Shown here piece by piece: positions 52,764 to 62,700 of a stretch of 64,000 bases of DNA (its first letter is position 1; every line of letters begins with the position of its first letter). The DNA is from Rhodoferax sp. GTDB taxonomy: Bacteria; Pseudomonadota; Gammaproteobacteria; Burkholderiales; Burkholderiaceae_C. Where the stretch lies: the NCBI GenBank assembly GCA_036835225.1, contig DAITMI010000002.1, positions 479-64,478 of the forward strand, given 5' to 3'. The notes below the pieces were generated by a model. It saw only the letters and a list, made by a program, of their open reading frames with translations. It was not told the DNA's origin and searched no databases. The position numbers were made by a program, and so were the translations under genes.

Positions 52764-53915
52764 ATGGCTGTGATGACCAACATCGAAGACCTGCGCGTGC
52801 TGGCGCAAAAGCGCGTGCCCCGCATGTTTTACGACTACGCCGACTCCGGCTCGTGGACTGAGAGCACCTACCGCGCCAACGAGACCGATTTTCAGAAAAT
52901 CAAGCTGCGCCAGCGCGTGGCGGTCAACATGGAGAACCGCAGCACCGCCACCCAAATGGTGGGCATCGACGTCAAAATGCCGGTGGCCATCGCCCCGGTC
53001 GGCTTGACCGGCATGCAGCATGCCGACGGTGAGATCCTCGCGGCCAAAGCGGCCGAAAAGTTCGGCATTCCATTCACCCTGTCCACCATGAGCATCTGCT
53101 CGATCGAGGACATCGCCGCCAACACCACGGCACCGTTCTGGTTCCAGCTCTACATGATGCGCGACCGCGATGCGATGGCCGCAATGATCGAGCGCGCCCG
53201 GGTGGCCCGCTGCAGCGCGCTGGTGCTCACCCTTGACCTGCAGGTGATCGGCCAGCGCCACAAGGACCTGAAAAATGGCCTGACCGCGCCGCCCCGGCCC
53301 ACCATCGCCAACCTCATCAACCTCATGACCAAGCCGCGCTGGTGCCTGGGCATGCTGGGCACGCGCCGGCACACGTTTGGCAACCTGGTGGGCCATGTCA
53401 AGGAAGTGAGCGACATGAACTCACTCGCGGCCTGGACCAACGAACAATTCGACCCACGGCTCTCCTGGCCCGACGTGGAATGGGTCAAAAAACAATGGGG
53501 CGGCAAGCTGATCCTCAAAGGCATACAAGACGTGGAAGACGCCAAGCTGGCCGTGGCCAGCGGGGCCGATGCCATCATCGTCAGCAACCATGGCGGGCGC
53601 CAGCTGGACGGGGCGCAAAGCAGTATCGAGGCCCTGCCGGCCATCGTGGCGGCCGTGGGCGGACAGATTGAAATTCACATGGACGGCGGCATCCGCAGCG
53701 GGCAGGATGTGCTGAAAGCCCGTGCGCTGGGCGCCACCGGCTGCTACATTGGCCGCGCCATGGTTTACGGTCTGGGCGCCATGGGTGAGGCCGGCGTGAC
53801 CAAAGCACTGCAAATCATCCACAAGGAGCTCGACATCACCATGGCGTTTTGCGGCCACACCCATATCGAGACGGTGGACCGAAGCATTCTGCTGCCCGGC
53901 ACTTATCCCGCTTGA
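52764..53915 (+). CDS. lldD: FMN-dependent alpha-hydroxy acid oxidase / L-lactate dehydrogenase
   Basis: TAAGGAG RBS, FYDYADSG, SNHGGRQLD, DGGIRSG. Confidence 0.9.
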   Translation: MAVMTNIEDLRVLAQKRVPRMFYDYADSGSWTESTYRANETDFQKIKLRQRVAVNMENRSTATQMVGIDVKMPVAIAPVGLTGMQHADGEILAAKAAEKFGIPFTLSTMSICSIEDIAANTTAPFWFQLYMMRDRDAMAAMIERARVARCSALVLTLDLQVIGQRHKDLKNGLTAPPRPTIANLINLMTKPRWCLGMLGTRRHTFGNLVGHVKEVSDMNSLAAWTNEQFDPRLSWPDVEWVKKQWGGKLILKGIQDVEDAKLAVASGADAIIVSNHGGRQLDGAQSSIEALPAIVAAVGGQIEIHMDGGIRSGQDVLKARALGATGCYIGRAMVYGLGAMGEAGVTKALQIIHKELDITMAFCGHTHIETVDRSILLPGTYPA

Positions 53916-53959
53916 CCCTCGGTTCCGGTGCTGTTGACAGTGCCCGATGCTCCCCGCTC

Positions 53960-54024
53960 CGTCATGGCGAGCGTAGCGTGGCAATCCATGCCCTGTGGAT
54001 TGCCGCGCTGCGCTCGCCATGACG
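53960..54024. repeat. CGTC-type REP palindrome
   Basis: cgtcatggcgagcgtagcgtggcaatcca...tggattgccgcgctgcgctcgccatgacg long inverted repeat between convergent genes. Confidence 0.85.
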
Positions 54025-54040
54025 AATATTTGAAAGTGCG

Positions 54041-56719
54041 TTACAGCGACTGCGTCACCAGCTTGAAATCCGCGTCTTCTGAAAATGTCTTGACGTGGAA
54101 GCCCAGGCCGCGCATCAGCTTGAGCATGCTGGGGTTGTTCGCCAGCACCAAACCCTCCATCTCGGTCAGCCCTTTTTCGCGGGCAAAGTCCATGATGGAC
54201 AGCATCAGGCGCGAGCCCAGGCCGCGGCCTTTGAAGTCGTCGGCCACCACCAGCGAAAACTCGCAGCTGGTGCGGTCCGGGTTGGTGATGTAGCGCGACA
54301 CACCGACGATGCGGGTCAGCTCGGTTGCCTCGCCATCGACGCCCACTTGCCGTTCCCGGGTGACGGCGACCAGCGCCATTTCACGGTCGTAGTCGATCAG
54401 CGTGAAGCGCGCGAGCATGGTGGCGGGCAGTTCCTGCATGCTCGATACAAAGCGGAAGTAGCGGCTTTCCGGTGACAGACGGCGTACAAACTCCTGCAGC
54501 ATGGTGGCGTCATCCGGGTGGACCGGGCGCACGGTGTATTCGCCCCCGCCCGGCAGCGGCCACAGCTGCTCGTGCTGCGACGGATAGGGCAGGATCGCCA
54601 GGTGGTTGTAGTTGCGCGCCGACGGCGGCGCGTTGTCAACCACGATGCGCGCATCGACCGCCAGCGCGCCGGACTCGTCCACGATGATCGGGTTGATGTC
54701 CATCTCGCGCAGCTGCGGCAGCTCGCACACCATTTCCGACACGCGCAGCAGCACCTGCTCCAGCGCCTCCATGTTGACCGCCGCCGCACCACGCCACTCG
54801 CCCAGCGTCTCGGCGACACGGGCGCGCTCGATCAGGCGCCGTGCCAGAAACTGGTTTAACGGCGGCAACTCCATGGCGCGGTCGTTGATCAGCTCGATCA
54901 TGGTGCCGCCCGCGCCAAACGCAATCACCGGGCCAAACGGGTCATCCGTAACCAGCCCGACATAGATCTCGCGGCCGCGCTTCTTGCTGGCCATGTTCTG
55001 CACGGTGACGCCATTGATGCGCGCGCCCGGCTGCAACCTGGCCACCGCCTGCATCATCTCCAGGTAGGCGTCGCGCACGCCCACGGCACCCTGCACATTG
55101 AGCGCCACGCCCTGCACGTCGGACTTGTGGCTGATGTCGGGCGAGTCAATCTTGAGCGCCACCGGAAAGCCCAGCTGGGTCGCGATCATGATCGCTTCGT
55201 TGACGTTGCGCGCCAGGATGGTCTTGGTCACCGGAATGTGAAACGCCGCCAGCAAGGCCTTGGATTCCATCTCGGTCAATACCTTGCGGCGCTCGGCCAG
55301 CACGCTCTCGATCAGCATGCGAGCGCCTTCGACGTCGGGCTTGGCCAGATCGGACAAGGGCGGCGGCGTCTGCTGCAGCAACTGCTGGTTCTGGTAGAAC
55401 GAGGCGATGTTGCCAAACGCCCCCACCGCCGCTTCCGGCGTGCGAAAGGTCGGAATGGCGGCTTCGTTCAGGATCAGTCGGGCCTCGCCGACACTGGCGT
55501 CGCCCATCAGACAGGTCAGCAGCGGTTTGCCCAGTTGTTTATTCAGGTCCACCAACGCGGTGGCAATGGTCGCACTGTCAACGCCGATCTTGGGTGAATA
55601 GATCGCCAGCACACCATCCACCTGACGCGCTTTGGCAGCCGCTTCAACCGCCGCCTTGAAGTGCGCGGGCCCGGCCTCCTCCGAGAGATCGATCAGGTCG
55701 CACAGCGACGCCAGTGGTGGCAGTTGCGACTGCAAGGCCTGGGCCTGTCCGGGCGTGAGGCTGGCCAGTTGCAGGTTGATTTCACTGACCCAGTCCGCCG
55801 CCAGCACGCCCGGACCACCACCATTGGTCACAATCGCCAGCCGGCGCCCCACCGGCCGGTAGCGTGAGGCCAGACACTTGGCGGCGGAAAAGAGCTGCAC
55901 AAACGAGCGCACCCGCACCGCCCCGGCGCGGCGCAAGGCGGCGTCAAACACATCGTCACTGCCGACAATCGTGCCCGAATGCGTGAGTGCCGCCCGGTTG
56001 CCCGCTGCCTTGCGGCCGGCCTTGAGCACCACCACCGGCTTGGCATTGGCGGCGGCGCGCAGCGCACTCATGAAGCGGCGCGCGTTGCTGATGCCTTCCA
56101 GATAAACCACGATGCTGTGGGTTTGTGGATCCGAGGCCAGAAAATCCAGCACCTGCGCCATGTCCACCGCGGTGTTGGGGCCCAGCGACACCACGGTGGA
56201 GAAACCCACCGCGTTCTTTTGCGCCCAGTCGAGGATGGACGAGGTGAGCGCTCCCGATTGCGAGACCAGCGCCAGCGGCCCCGGCGCGCACAGGGCGCCG
56301 GCCACGCTGGCATTGAGGTGCAGGTGCGGGCGCTGAAAGCCCAGGCAATTGGGCCCCAGCAGCTGAATACCATCGCGCCGCGCGATTTTGTGCAGCTCGG
56401 CCGCCAGGGTCGCGTCGATGCCACTGGAGATTACCAGGGCGGCGCGGCACTTGATGCGTCCGGCAATGGCCAGGGCCGCTGCCACCTCGCCGGAGGGCAA
56501 CGCAATGATCGCCAGATCAGCCTGGGTGTGGGCCAGGTCAGCCAATGTTCCGCTGGTATGAATATCCAGAAACACCAGCGTGCCGGCAAAAGGCTGTGCC
56601 AACAGTGCCCGGTGCAAAGCCTGCGCCTGCGGCGTTTGCGTAGCCGGATCGTCCACCGTACCGGCAAAGACAACGATGGAGCTGGGCGAAAAAAGCGGCG
56701 TGAGAAAGTGCTTGTCCAT
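54041..56719 (-). CDS. Acyl-CoA synthetase-like/GNAT protein acetyltransferase (Pat/Pka type)
   Basis: GPNCLG, SQSGA, HKSDV ATP-grasp, EMDINP, C-terminal GNAT. Confidence 0.92.
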   Translation of the reverse strand: MDKHFLTPLFSPSSIVVFAGTVDDPATQTPQAQALHRALLAQPFAGTLVFLDIHTSGTLADLAHTQADLAIIALPSGEVAAALAIAGRIKCRAALVISSGIDATLAAELHKIARRDGIQLLGPNCLGFQRPHLHLNASVAGALCAPGPLALVSQSGALTSSILDWAQKNAVGFSTVVSLGPNTAVDMAQVLDFLASDPQTHSIVVYLEGISNARRFMSALRAAANAKPVVVLKAGRKAAGNRAALTHSGTIVGSDDVFDAALRRAGAVRVRSFVQLFSAAKCLASRYRPVGRRLAIVTNGGGPGVLAADWVSEINLQLASLTPGQAQALQSQLPPLASLCDLIDLSEEAGPAHFKAAVEAAAKARQVDGVLAIYSPKIGVDSATIATALVDLNKQLGKPLLTCLMGDASVGEARLILNEAAIPTFRTPEAAVGAFGNIASFYQNQQLLQQTPPPLSDLAKPDVEGARMLIESVLAERRKVLTEMESKALLAAFHIPVTKTILARNVNEAIMIATQLGFPVALKIDSPDISHKSDVQGVALNVQGAVGVRDAYLEMMQAVARLQPGARINGVTVQNMASKKRGREIYVGLVTDDPFGPVIAFGAGGTMIELINDRAMELPPLNQFLARRLIERARVAETLGEWRGAAAVNMEALEQVLLRVSEMVCELPQLREMDINPIIVDESGALAVDARIVVDNAPPSARNYNHLAILPYPSQHEQLWPLPGGGEYTVRPVHPDDATMLQEFVRRLSPESRYFRFVSSMQELPATMLARFTLIDYDREMALVAVTRERQVGVDGEATELTRIVGVSRYITNPDRTSCEFSLVVADDFKGRGLGSRLMLSIMDFAREKGLTEMEGLVLANNPSMLKLMRGLGFHVKTFSEDADFKLVTQSL

Positions 56720-56821
56720 ACGGATTGAAATTTACAGAGTAGCGGCAGGCTGGCAGCTTAACCCGCCCACCTGACACCTGCCTTGACTTGGGGCAACACC
56801 TATTCGCGCTATCCTCATGGC

Positions 56822-57715
56822 ATGCGTAAATCCCTTGTCTGGCTCGGCCCGGCGCGACTCCCCTTTTTGGCACTGACGCCCGCCTGTATTGGGTTGGGCG
56901 TCGCCTGTGTGCAATGGACCGGCGGCCATGTCAGCCCGCTGGAAGCCTGGCTGGTGCTGCTGGGTGCCGTGGCCGCCCACGTCAGCGTCAATGCGTTCAA
57001 TGAATACCAGGACTTTCACAGCGGCCTGGACGCGCTCACCCAGCGCACCCCCTTCAGCGGCGGCAGCGGTGTGCTGCCGGCGCACCCGGAGCTGGCGGGC
57101 CTCACCCTGGCGATGGCCATCGGGGCGCTGGGGATCAGTCTCGGGGTGGGCTGGTATTTTGTAGCGTTACGCGGCGCCACGTTGTTGCCACTGGGCCTGG
57201 CCGGCGTGGCGCTGGTGCTGGCCTACACGCCGTGGATCACGCGCCACCCCTTGTTGTGCCTGCTGGCGCCCGGCCTGGGCTTTGGCCCCTTGATGATTCT
57301 GGACACCCAGGTGGCACTGACCGGCCAGTACTCGGCCACCGCCGCTGCCGCATCGCTGGTGCCGTTCTTTCTGGTCAACAACCTGCTGCTGCTGAACCAG
57401 TTCCCGGACGCGGACGCCGACCGCCGGGTGGGGCGTCGCCACCTGCTGATCACGTCGGGCCCGGCCGTGGCCGCGCGCTGGTACGCGGCTTTGACGGTGC
57501 TGGCCTTTGCCAGCCTGCCATTGGGCGTGCTGGCGGGCCTGCTGCCGGCCGGGGCCCTGCTGGGCCTGCTGACGCTGCTGTTGGCGCTGCCCACCGTGCG
57601 TGCGGTGCTGGCGAACGCGCTGGATGTGGAACGCCTGCTGCCCGCCATGGGGCGCAATGTGCTGATCTGCCTGCTGACGCCGGTGCTGATGGCGATTGGG
57701 ATGCTGATGTCGTGA
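56822..57715 (+). CDS. UbiA-family prenyltransferase (MenA-like)
   Basis: RLPFL, NEYQDF.SG.D, PFSGGS, NQFPDADAD, multiple TMs. Confidence 0.85.
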   Translation: MRKSLVWLGPARLPFLALTPACIGLGVACVQWTGGHVSPLEAWLVLLGAVAAHVSVNAFNEYQDFHSGLDALTQRTPFSGGSGVLPAHPELAGLTLAMAIGALGISLGVGWYFVALRGATLLPLGLAGVALVLAYTPWITRHPLLCLLAPGLGFGPLMILDTQVALTGQYSATAAAASLVPFFLVNNLLLLNQFPDADADRRVGRRHLLITSGPAVAARWYAALTVLAFASLPLGVLAGLLPAGALLGLLTLLLALPTVRAVLANALDVERLLPAMGRNVLICLLTPVLMAIGMLMS

Positions 57716-58974
57716 GCGCTCCGCCTCGCGGCCCGATACGCCGCATCGCCCATCTCGACATGGACGCCTTTTACGCTTCGGTCGAACTGCTGCGCTACCC
57801 GCAACTCAAGGGCTTGCCGGTGGTGATTGGCGGTGGCCGGCGCGCCGAAGATGAAACCCTGCGCCAGACCTATGACGGGCACACGCTGGCCGACATTCCG
57901 CGCGACGCGTTTGCACGACTGAAGGACTACACCGGGCGCGGCGTCATCACCACCGCCACCTACGCGGCGCGCCAGTTCGGCGTGGGTTCGGCCATGGGGC
58001 TGATGAAAGCCGCCAAGCTGTGTCCGCAGGCGATATTGCTGCCGGTGGACTTTGCCCAGTACCGGCACTACTCGCAGCGCTTCAAGGCCATCATCACCGA
58101 CATTGCCCCGCTGATGGAAAACCGCGGCGTGGACGAGGTGTACATCGACTTCACCGAGGTGCCCGGCGGCCAGCGCGAGGGTGGGCGGGTGCTGGCGCGG
58201 CTGATCCAGAAGGCCATTTTTGACGATACCGGGCTGACCTGCTCGGTCGGCGTGGCGCCCAACAAACTGCTGGCCAAGATGGCCAGCGAGTTCAAGAAGC
58301 CCAACGGCATTGCCATCGTGCGGGAAGAAGACCTGCAAACCTTGATCTGGCCTCTGGCCTGCCGCAAGATCAACGGCATTGGCCCGAAAGCCGACGACAA
58401 GCTCAAGCACCACGGCATCGCGACCATCGGCCAGCTGGCGGCACGCGAACTGCAGTGGCTGATGGACACCTTCGGCCCGCGCACCGGCGCCTGGCTGCAC
58501 GAGGCCAGCCACGGCCGGGACCAGCGGCCGGTAGAAACCGAGAGCGAACCGGTGAGCATGAGCCGCGAAACCACCTTTGAGCGCGACCTGCACGCGGTGC
58601 GCGACAAGGCCGAACTGGGTGCCATCTTCACCCGCCTGTGCGAGCAGGTGGCAGCCGACCTGCAGCGCAAGGGCTACGTGGGCAAGACCATCGGCATCAA
58701 GCTGCGCTACGACGACTTCAAAAGCATCACCCGCGACCTGAGCATCGACCACCACACGGCGGATTCAACCGAAATTCGCCAGGCCGCCGGCCAGGCCCTC
58801 AAACGTGCCCCGCTGCAGAAAAAGCTGCGCCTGCTGGGCGTGCGCGTGGGTGCCCTGCTCCGCCCCGAAGAAGCGTTAAATTACAAGCCAAATAGGCCTC
58901 TAGCCCGCACGGGACATGCGCAAGCAGCTATGAATTCAGGAGTAGAAGACGGGCTGACGGGGCAGCTTTTTTAG
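57712..58974 (+). CDS. dinB: DNA polymerase IV
   Basis: HLDMDAFYASVE, VDEVYID, KLLAKMAS..KKPNG, GIG; GTG at 57712 overlaps the upstream TGA. Confidence 0.93.
   Translation: MSAPPRGPIRRIAHLDMDAFYASVELLRYPQLKGLPVVIGGGRRAEDETLRQTYDGHTLADIPRDAFARLKDYTGRGVITTATYAARQFGVGSAMGLMKAAKLCPQAILLPVDFAQYRHYSQRFKAIITDIAPLMENRGVDEVYIDFTEVPGGQREGGRVLARLIQKAIFDDTGLTCSVGVAPNKLLAKMASEFKKPNGIAIVREEDLQTLIWPLACRKINGIGPKADDKLKHHGIATIGQLAARELQWLMDTFGPRTGAWLHEASHGRDQRPVETESEPVSMSRETTFERDLHAVRDKAELGAIFTRLCEQVAADLQRKGYVGKTIGIKLRYDDFKSITRDLSIDHHTADSTEIRQAAGQALKRAPLQKKLRLLGVRVGALLRPEEALNYKPNRPLARTGHAQAAMNSGVEDGLTGQLF
58893..58944 (+). repeat. Motif A copy 8 (inside dinB C-terminus)
   Basis: taggcctctagcccgcacgggacatgcgcaagcagctatgaattcaggagta. 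Confidence 0.8.
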
Positions 58975-59030
58975 TCCAGCAACCGCCTCCAGCACAGCAC
59001 CGCGGTGAAGTACCAGGGTTTGGGACGGTT

Positions 59031-59372
59031 TCAATGCGCCACCCGCGCTGAACCTTTGGCCGTTTTCAGCGCCTTCTTGAAAGCCTTCAGGTCCGGAACT
59101 GCGAACATCTGGCTACGGCCTACCGTGGACGCGGGGATCAGTTTTTTACTGGCAACAAAACGTCGAAATGTGGACACGGAAACCTCCAGATACTCCATGG
59201 CTTCGGCTGCTGTAAACGTGTCTTGGGCGAGCTGACCAAACAGTTGCTCATAACTCATGTCCGCGCTCTGAAAAGCGTTTTCCGACAAAATTCCAAAAAA
59301 CTTCTGACGCTCCGCTACAGGCATTTGTTTGAGGCTCTGGTACAGATTCTCTGCAGTCATTGTCTGTGGCAT
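59031..59372 (-). CDS. Excisionase-like HTH protein, probable antitoxin
   Basis: FTAAEAMEYLEVSVSTFRRFV HTH_17-like motif; 4 nt after the toxin gene. Confidence 0.75.
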   Translation of the reverse strand: MPQTMTAENLYQSLKQMPVAERQKFFGILSENAFQSADMSYEQLFGQLAQDTFTAAEAMEYLEVSVSTFRRFVASKKLIPASTVGRSQMFAVPDLKAFKKALKTAKGSARVAH

Positions 59373-59376
59373 TTTT

Positions 59377-59697
59377 CTATCCTTCCGTCTTCAAATAGCG
59401 TTTGAGATCGTCGTAAAAATTCTCGTGCAGCCCAAGCTGATAAAAATCGATGGTCAACAGCTCAACCGACGTTCTATCAAGCGCTTGGCCAGGTGCAGGT
59501 GGGCGGTAGGCCATTAAATATTCTTGTCGATTGAACTTGAACTTATAAACCCACACCCCAGCAAGATCCCCCACCTTGGCCTCGCCTACCGACACATCGG
59601 CACAAACCTCGTCCACCGCATCGTCAATGGCCAGCTTCAAAGGCTTGTGCGCCTTTTTGACAAAGCGGCTGAACGGTGGCTTGAAGTTCTTGTTCAT
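59377..59697 (-). CDS. RelE/ParE family toxin
   Basis: FSRFVKK, GEAKVGDLAGVWVYKF, YLMAY, GLHENFY. Confidence 0.85.
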   Translation of the reverse strand: MNKNFKPPFSRFVKKAHKPLKLAIDDAVDEVCADVSVGEAKVGDLAGVWVYKFKFNRQEYLMAYRPPAPGQALDRTSVELLTIDFYQLGLHENFYDDLKRYLKTEG

Positions 59698-59699
59698 TT

Positions 59700-59719
59700 T
59701 TGACACTATTTTATGTCAA
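59700..59719. promoter_or_regulatory. Palindromic operator overlapping probable TA promoter
   Basis: TTGACA-N8-TGTCAA directly before the toxin start; TAAAAT lies inside it on the minus strand. Confidence 0.55.
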
Positions 59720-59767
59720 TTGTGAATGTTCATCGGTTCATTATTTGCTATTCCGCATTTTGAAGAA

Positions 59768-62700
59768 CTAACTCGCCCGCGCCAGATTCAGCGCCAGCAG
59801 GCGCTTGAGGATTTCTTCGTCGGGCATGTCGGCGGTGTAGTCGCTCCAGCCGTAGGCCTGGGCCACGGCCGCGTCCAGCGCTTTGTGGGCGGCGTCCAGC
59901 CAGGCGGGGCGCTGGTTGTAGAGCTTGGTCAGCGTGCGCTCGGCCAGGTCTTTGTCGTGGCCGGGTTTGGGCAGGATGCGGTCGGGGTACGGGCTTTTGT
60001 CCATGCCCAGCGGGATGACTTCGGGCACACGCTCGGTCCACTCGGTCGGGTTGAGCCAGGCTTCGCGCAGGTCGTTCAGGCGCTTGGCGGCTTGGGCGAT
60101 GGCGCTGGCGTTTTCTCTCACGCCGCGCGGTGTGGTGCGCTGGCTTGCCCGTGCGGTGGGCTCGCTCGGCTGGGCGTTGCGCTGGCTCGGCTGTGCGCTG
60201 GGCTCGCCCGGCCGGGCTGGCGCAGGGGGCGGGGGCTCATACGCTTCGCTTTTTGAAATCGCCCCCACCCCCTGCGCCAACCCGGCCTGGAGTGTTGGGC
60301 TGGGCGTTGTTGTGGTCGCTCTGTTTTTTATAGCTATTTGCGCAATAGATACGGGGGCTAGAGGCTGATTTTGCTCAAAAAGTTCGGCGGGAATGACGGC
60401 GCCGCCTTGCAGCGTTTCAGTGCGCTGGTGGGCGGTATCGGCGGGGGTTAGGCCTGCGGGGAAGGGGAAGGTCTCAAAACAGGTGGTGGGGGTGTAGCGC
60501 GGGTCATTGCCTACGCCGATAGAAGTCCCCATGCGCAGCGACCAGAGTTCGTGGAAGCGGCTGTGCAGCAGGCCAAGTGTGGTGTCGTCGGCACGGGCCA
60601 CGGTGATCAGCGCTTGATCCGGCGAGGTTGTCACGGGCAGCCAGACGAAAAAGCGGTGCTTGGAGTGCGCCACCGTGGCTATAAAACGGGGAAGCGGCTT
60701 GAATGCGGCACGAAGCCCCGGCCTGGGTTCAGCAAAGCGCCACCAGTATTTTCGATACGCCTCGCGGTTGTTCTTGAGCCGCTCTGGTTTGACCACGGCC
60801 ACTGCATACGAAAACGGCGATTCGTACAGCGCCGACTCCGATTCGGTCAGTTCAAGACCAAAGTCAATGATCCACTGGTGCTGCGGCCCACGGCTCAACT
60901 CAAAGCCGTTCGCCCATGGTTTGAGCACGTCACTGTTGGGGCGGCCGTGCGGGTTGGGCTGGCGCAGCCAATCGCGTGCCAGTTGGGCGTCAATTTCGAA
61001 CTTGGCCTTTTTGGAGGCACCTTGAAAACTGGCCTTAAGGTTGGCAGTCAGGGTGTGCGCCTGACTCACGTCCAGCAGTTCACCGGTGGTCGTGGGCGCG
61101 GTGAGGTCCGCGTAAATCTGCGGCACCAGTGCGCCATTGAGTTCAGCGCCATCGCCGTGGCCAAAACAAATCAGGGACACACGAACGGCGGCGCCTTCGT
61201 TGACCCAGCCTTCATCGCTCCAGGCGCTGTAGATACGGCTGCGCTCGGTGATGGCTTGCAGGACTTTGCGGTTGGCGCCGCCGCGAATAGAGTTGGTCGC
61301 TACCAGCCCCGCTGCGCCCAGGCCATTGGTCTCGATGGCTTTGAGCGCCTTGGCGAACCAGTAGCACACCAAGTCGGCCCCGCCGGGCACGCCCGGCGCG
61401 TAAATGGCGTCGAGTGCGCGGGTGTAGTCCTCGCCCAGTTCCCGGCGTTTGCGGCTCACGCCCAAAAACGGCGGATTCCCAATCACCACGCTAGCCCGAG
61501 GCCACGCCGCTTCGGAAGCGACGCAAGAAACGGGGTCAGAGCCCGAGTTTTGCTGCGCAAAATCGCGATCCGACCCCATTTCCTGCTCAGCAGCAGACGC
61601 AGCGCCAGCGTCCCCCCGCTCACCCAGGTCGCTCCGGGGCGTGGGTGGGGCGGATGTCGGGGGCGATTTCAAGGAGCGAAGCGCATGAGCCCCCGGCGTC
61701 TGCCCCGCCCGCGCCCCGGAGTCAGCGCCAACAGAGCCGGAGTCGGAGCCAACTCCTTCGACAAGCGCAGGGCGAACGGAAGCGCAAGCAGGCCCAGGCA
61801 GAAACGTCAGCAAAGCATCCCGGCACTCAATATGGTCCAGCGGCTCCAGCACCGGGTTGGTCTTGAACTCGTAGCCATGCTCGATGCGCCACTGCAACTC
61901 GCCAATCCACACCGTCACCCGCGCCAGCTCGGCGGCGTACTCGTTCAACTCAATGCCCAGCACGTTGTGCGGCCCGGTCACCAGATCGGCCTGCCGGTCC
62001 AGCCCCAAGGCGGCCGCGTCCAGATGGCTCTTGTGTTCAATGTCCTTCAGGGCCTTGAGGCCCAGGAACAGAAAGTTGCCGCTGCCACAGGCCGGGTCGA
62101 GCACGCAGTAGTCTTTCAAGTCGGCCAGCCAGCCATGAAACAAATCCTCGGCCTTTTGAAAAGCCGCATCACCCGCAGACGCCTTGAAGTGGCGGCCACC
62201 GGCTGAATAGGCGCCACGCCTCTTCTTCGTGCTTTTGGCCATCAGCCCCCGTATCTCTTGCGCCACCAGCTCCCATTTTTGTAGCAAGGGGCGGGTCAAC
62301 ACCGGCTCCACGATGCGCAGGATGGTGGCCGGGTCGGTGTAGTGGGCGCCCAACTGGCTGCGCTTGGACGGGTCCAGACCGCGCTCGAACAGCGTGCCGA
62401 AGATGGACACGTCGATGGCGCTCCAGTTGAGCGCGGCGGCGTTGCGCAGCTCGGTGACTTCCATGATGGAGAGCAGCGGCACCTTCACCTTCTTGAACAG
62501 GCCGCCGTTGAACCAGGGGATGTCGTCGTTGCCATACAGGCCACCCTTGCGCATGACGGTGAACAGATTGGTCAGGCCCGCGGTGAGCTTGTCGCTGGTG
62601 AGGTTCTTGTTGTTCACCAGCCCTTCAAACATGCGCCCGGGCAGCAGGCGCACGTCTTCGGCAAAAAAGCAGAACAGGCATTGCGTGAGGAAGTGGGCCA

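Noticed and set aside
57232..58974. 580-aa ORF suggesting an N-terminally extended DinB
   Set aside because: The extension overlaps the prenyltransferase in another frame; DinB homology starts after GTG 57712
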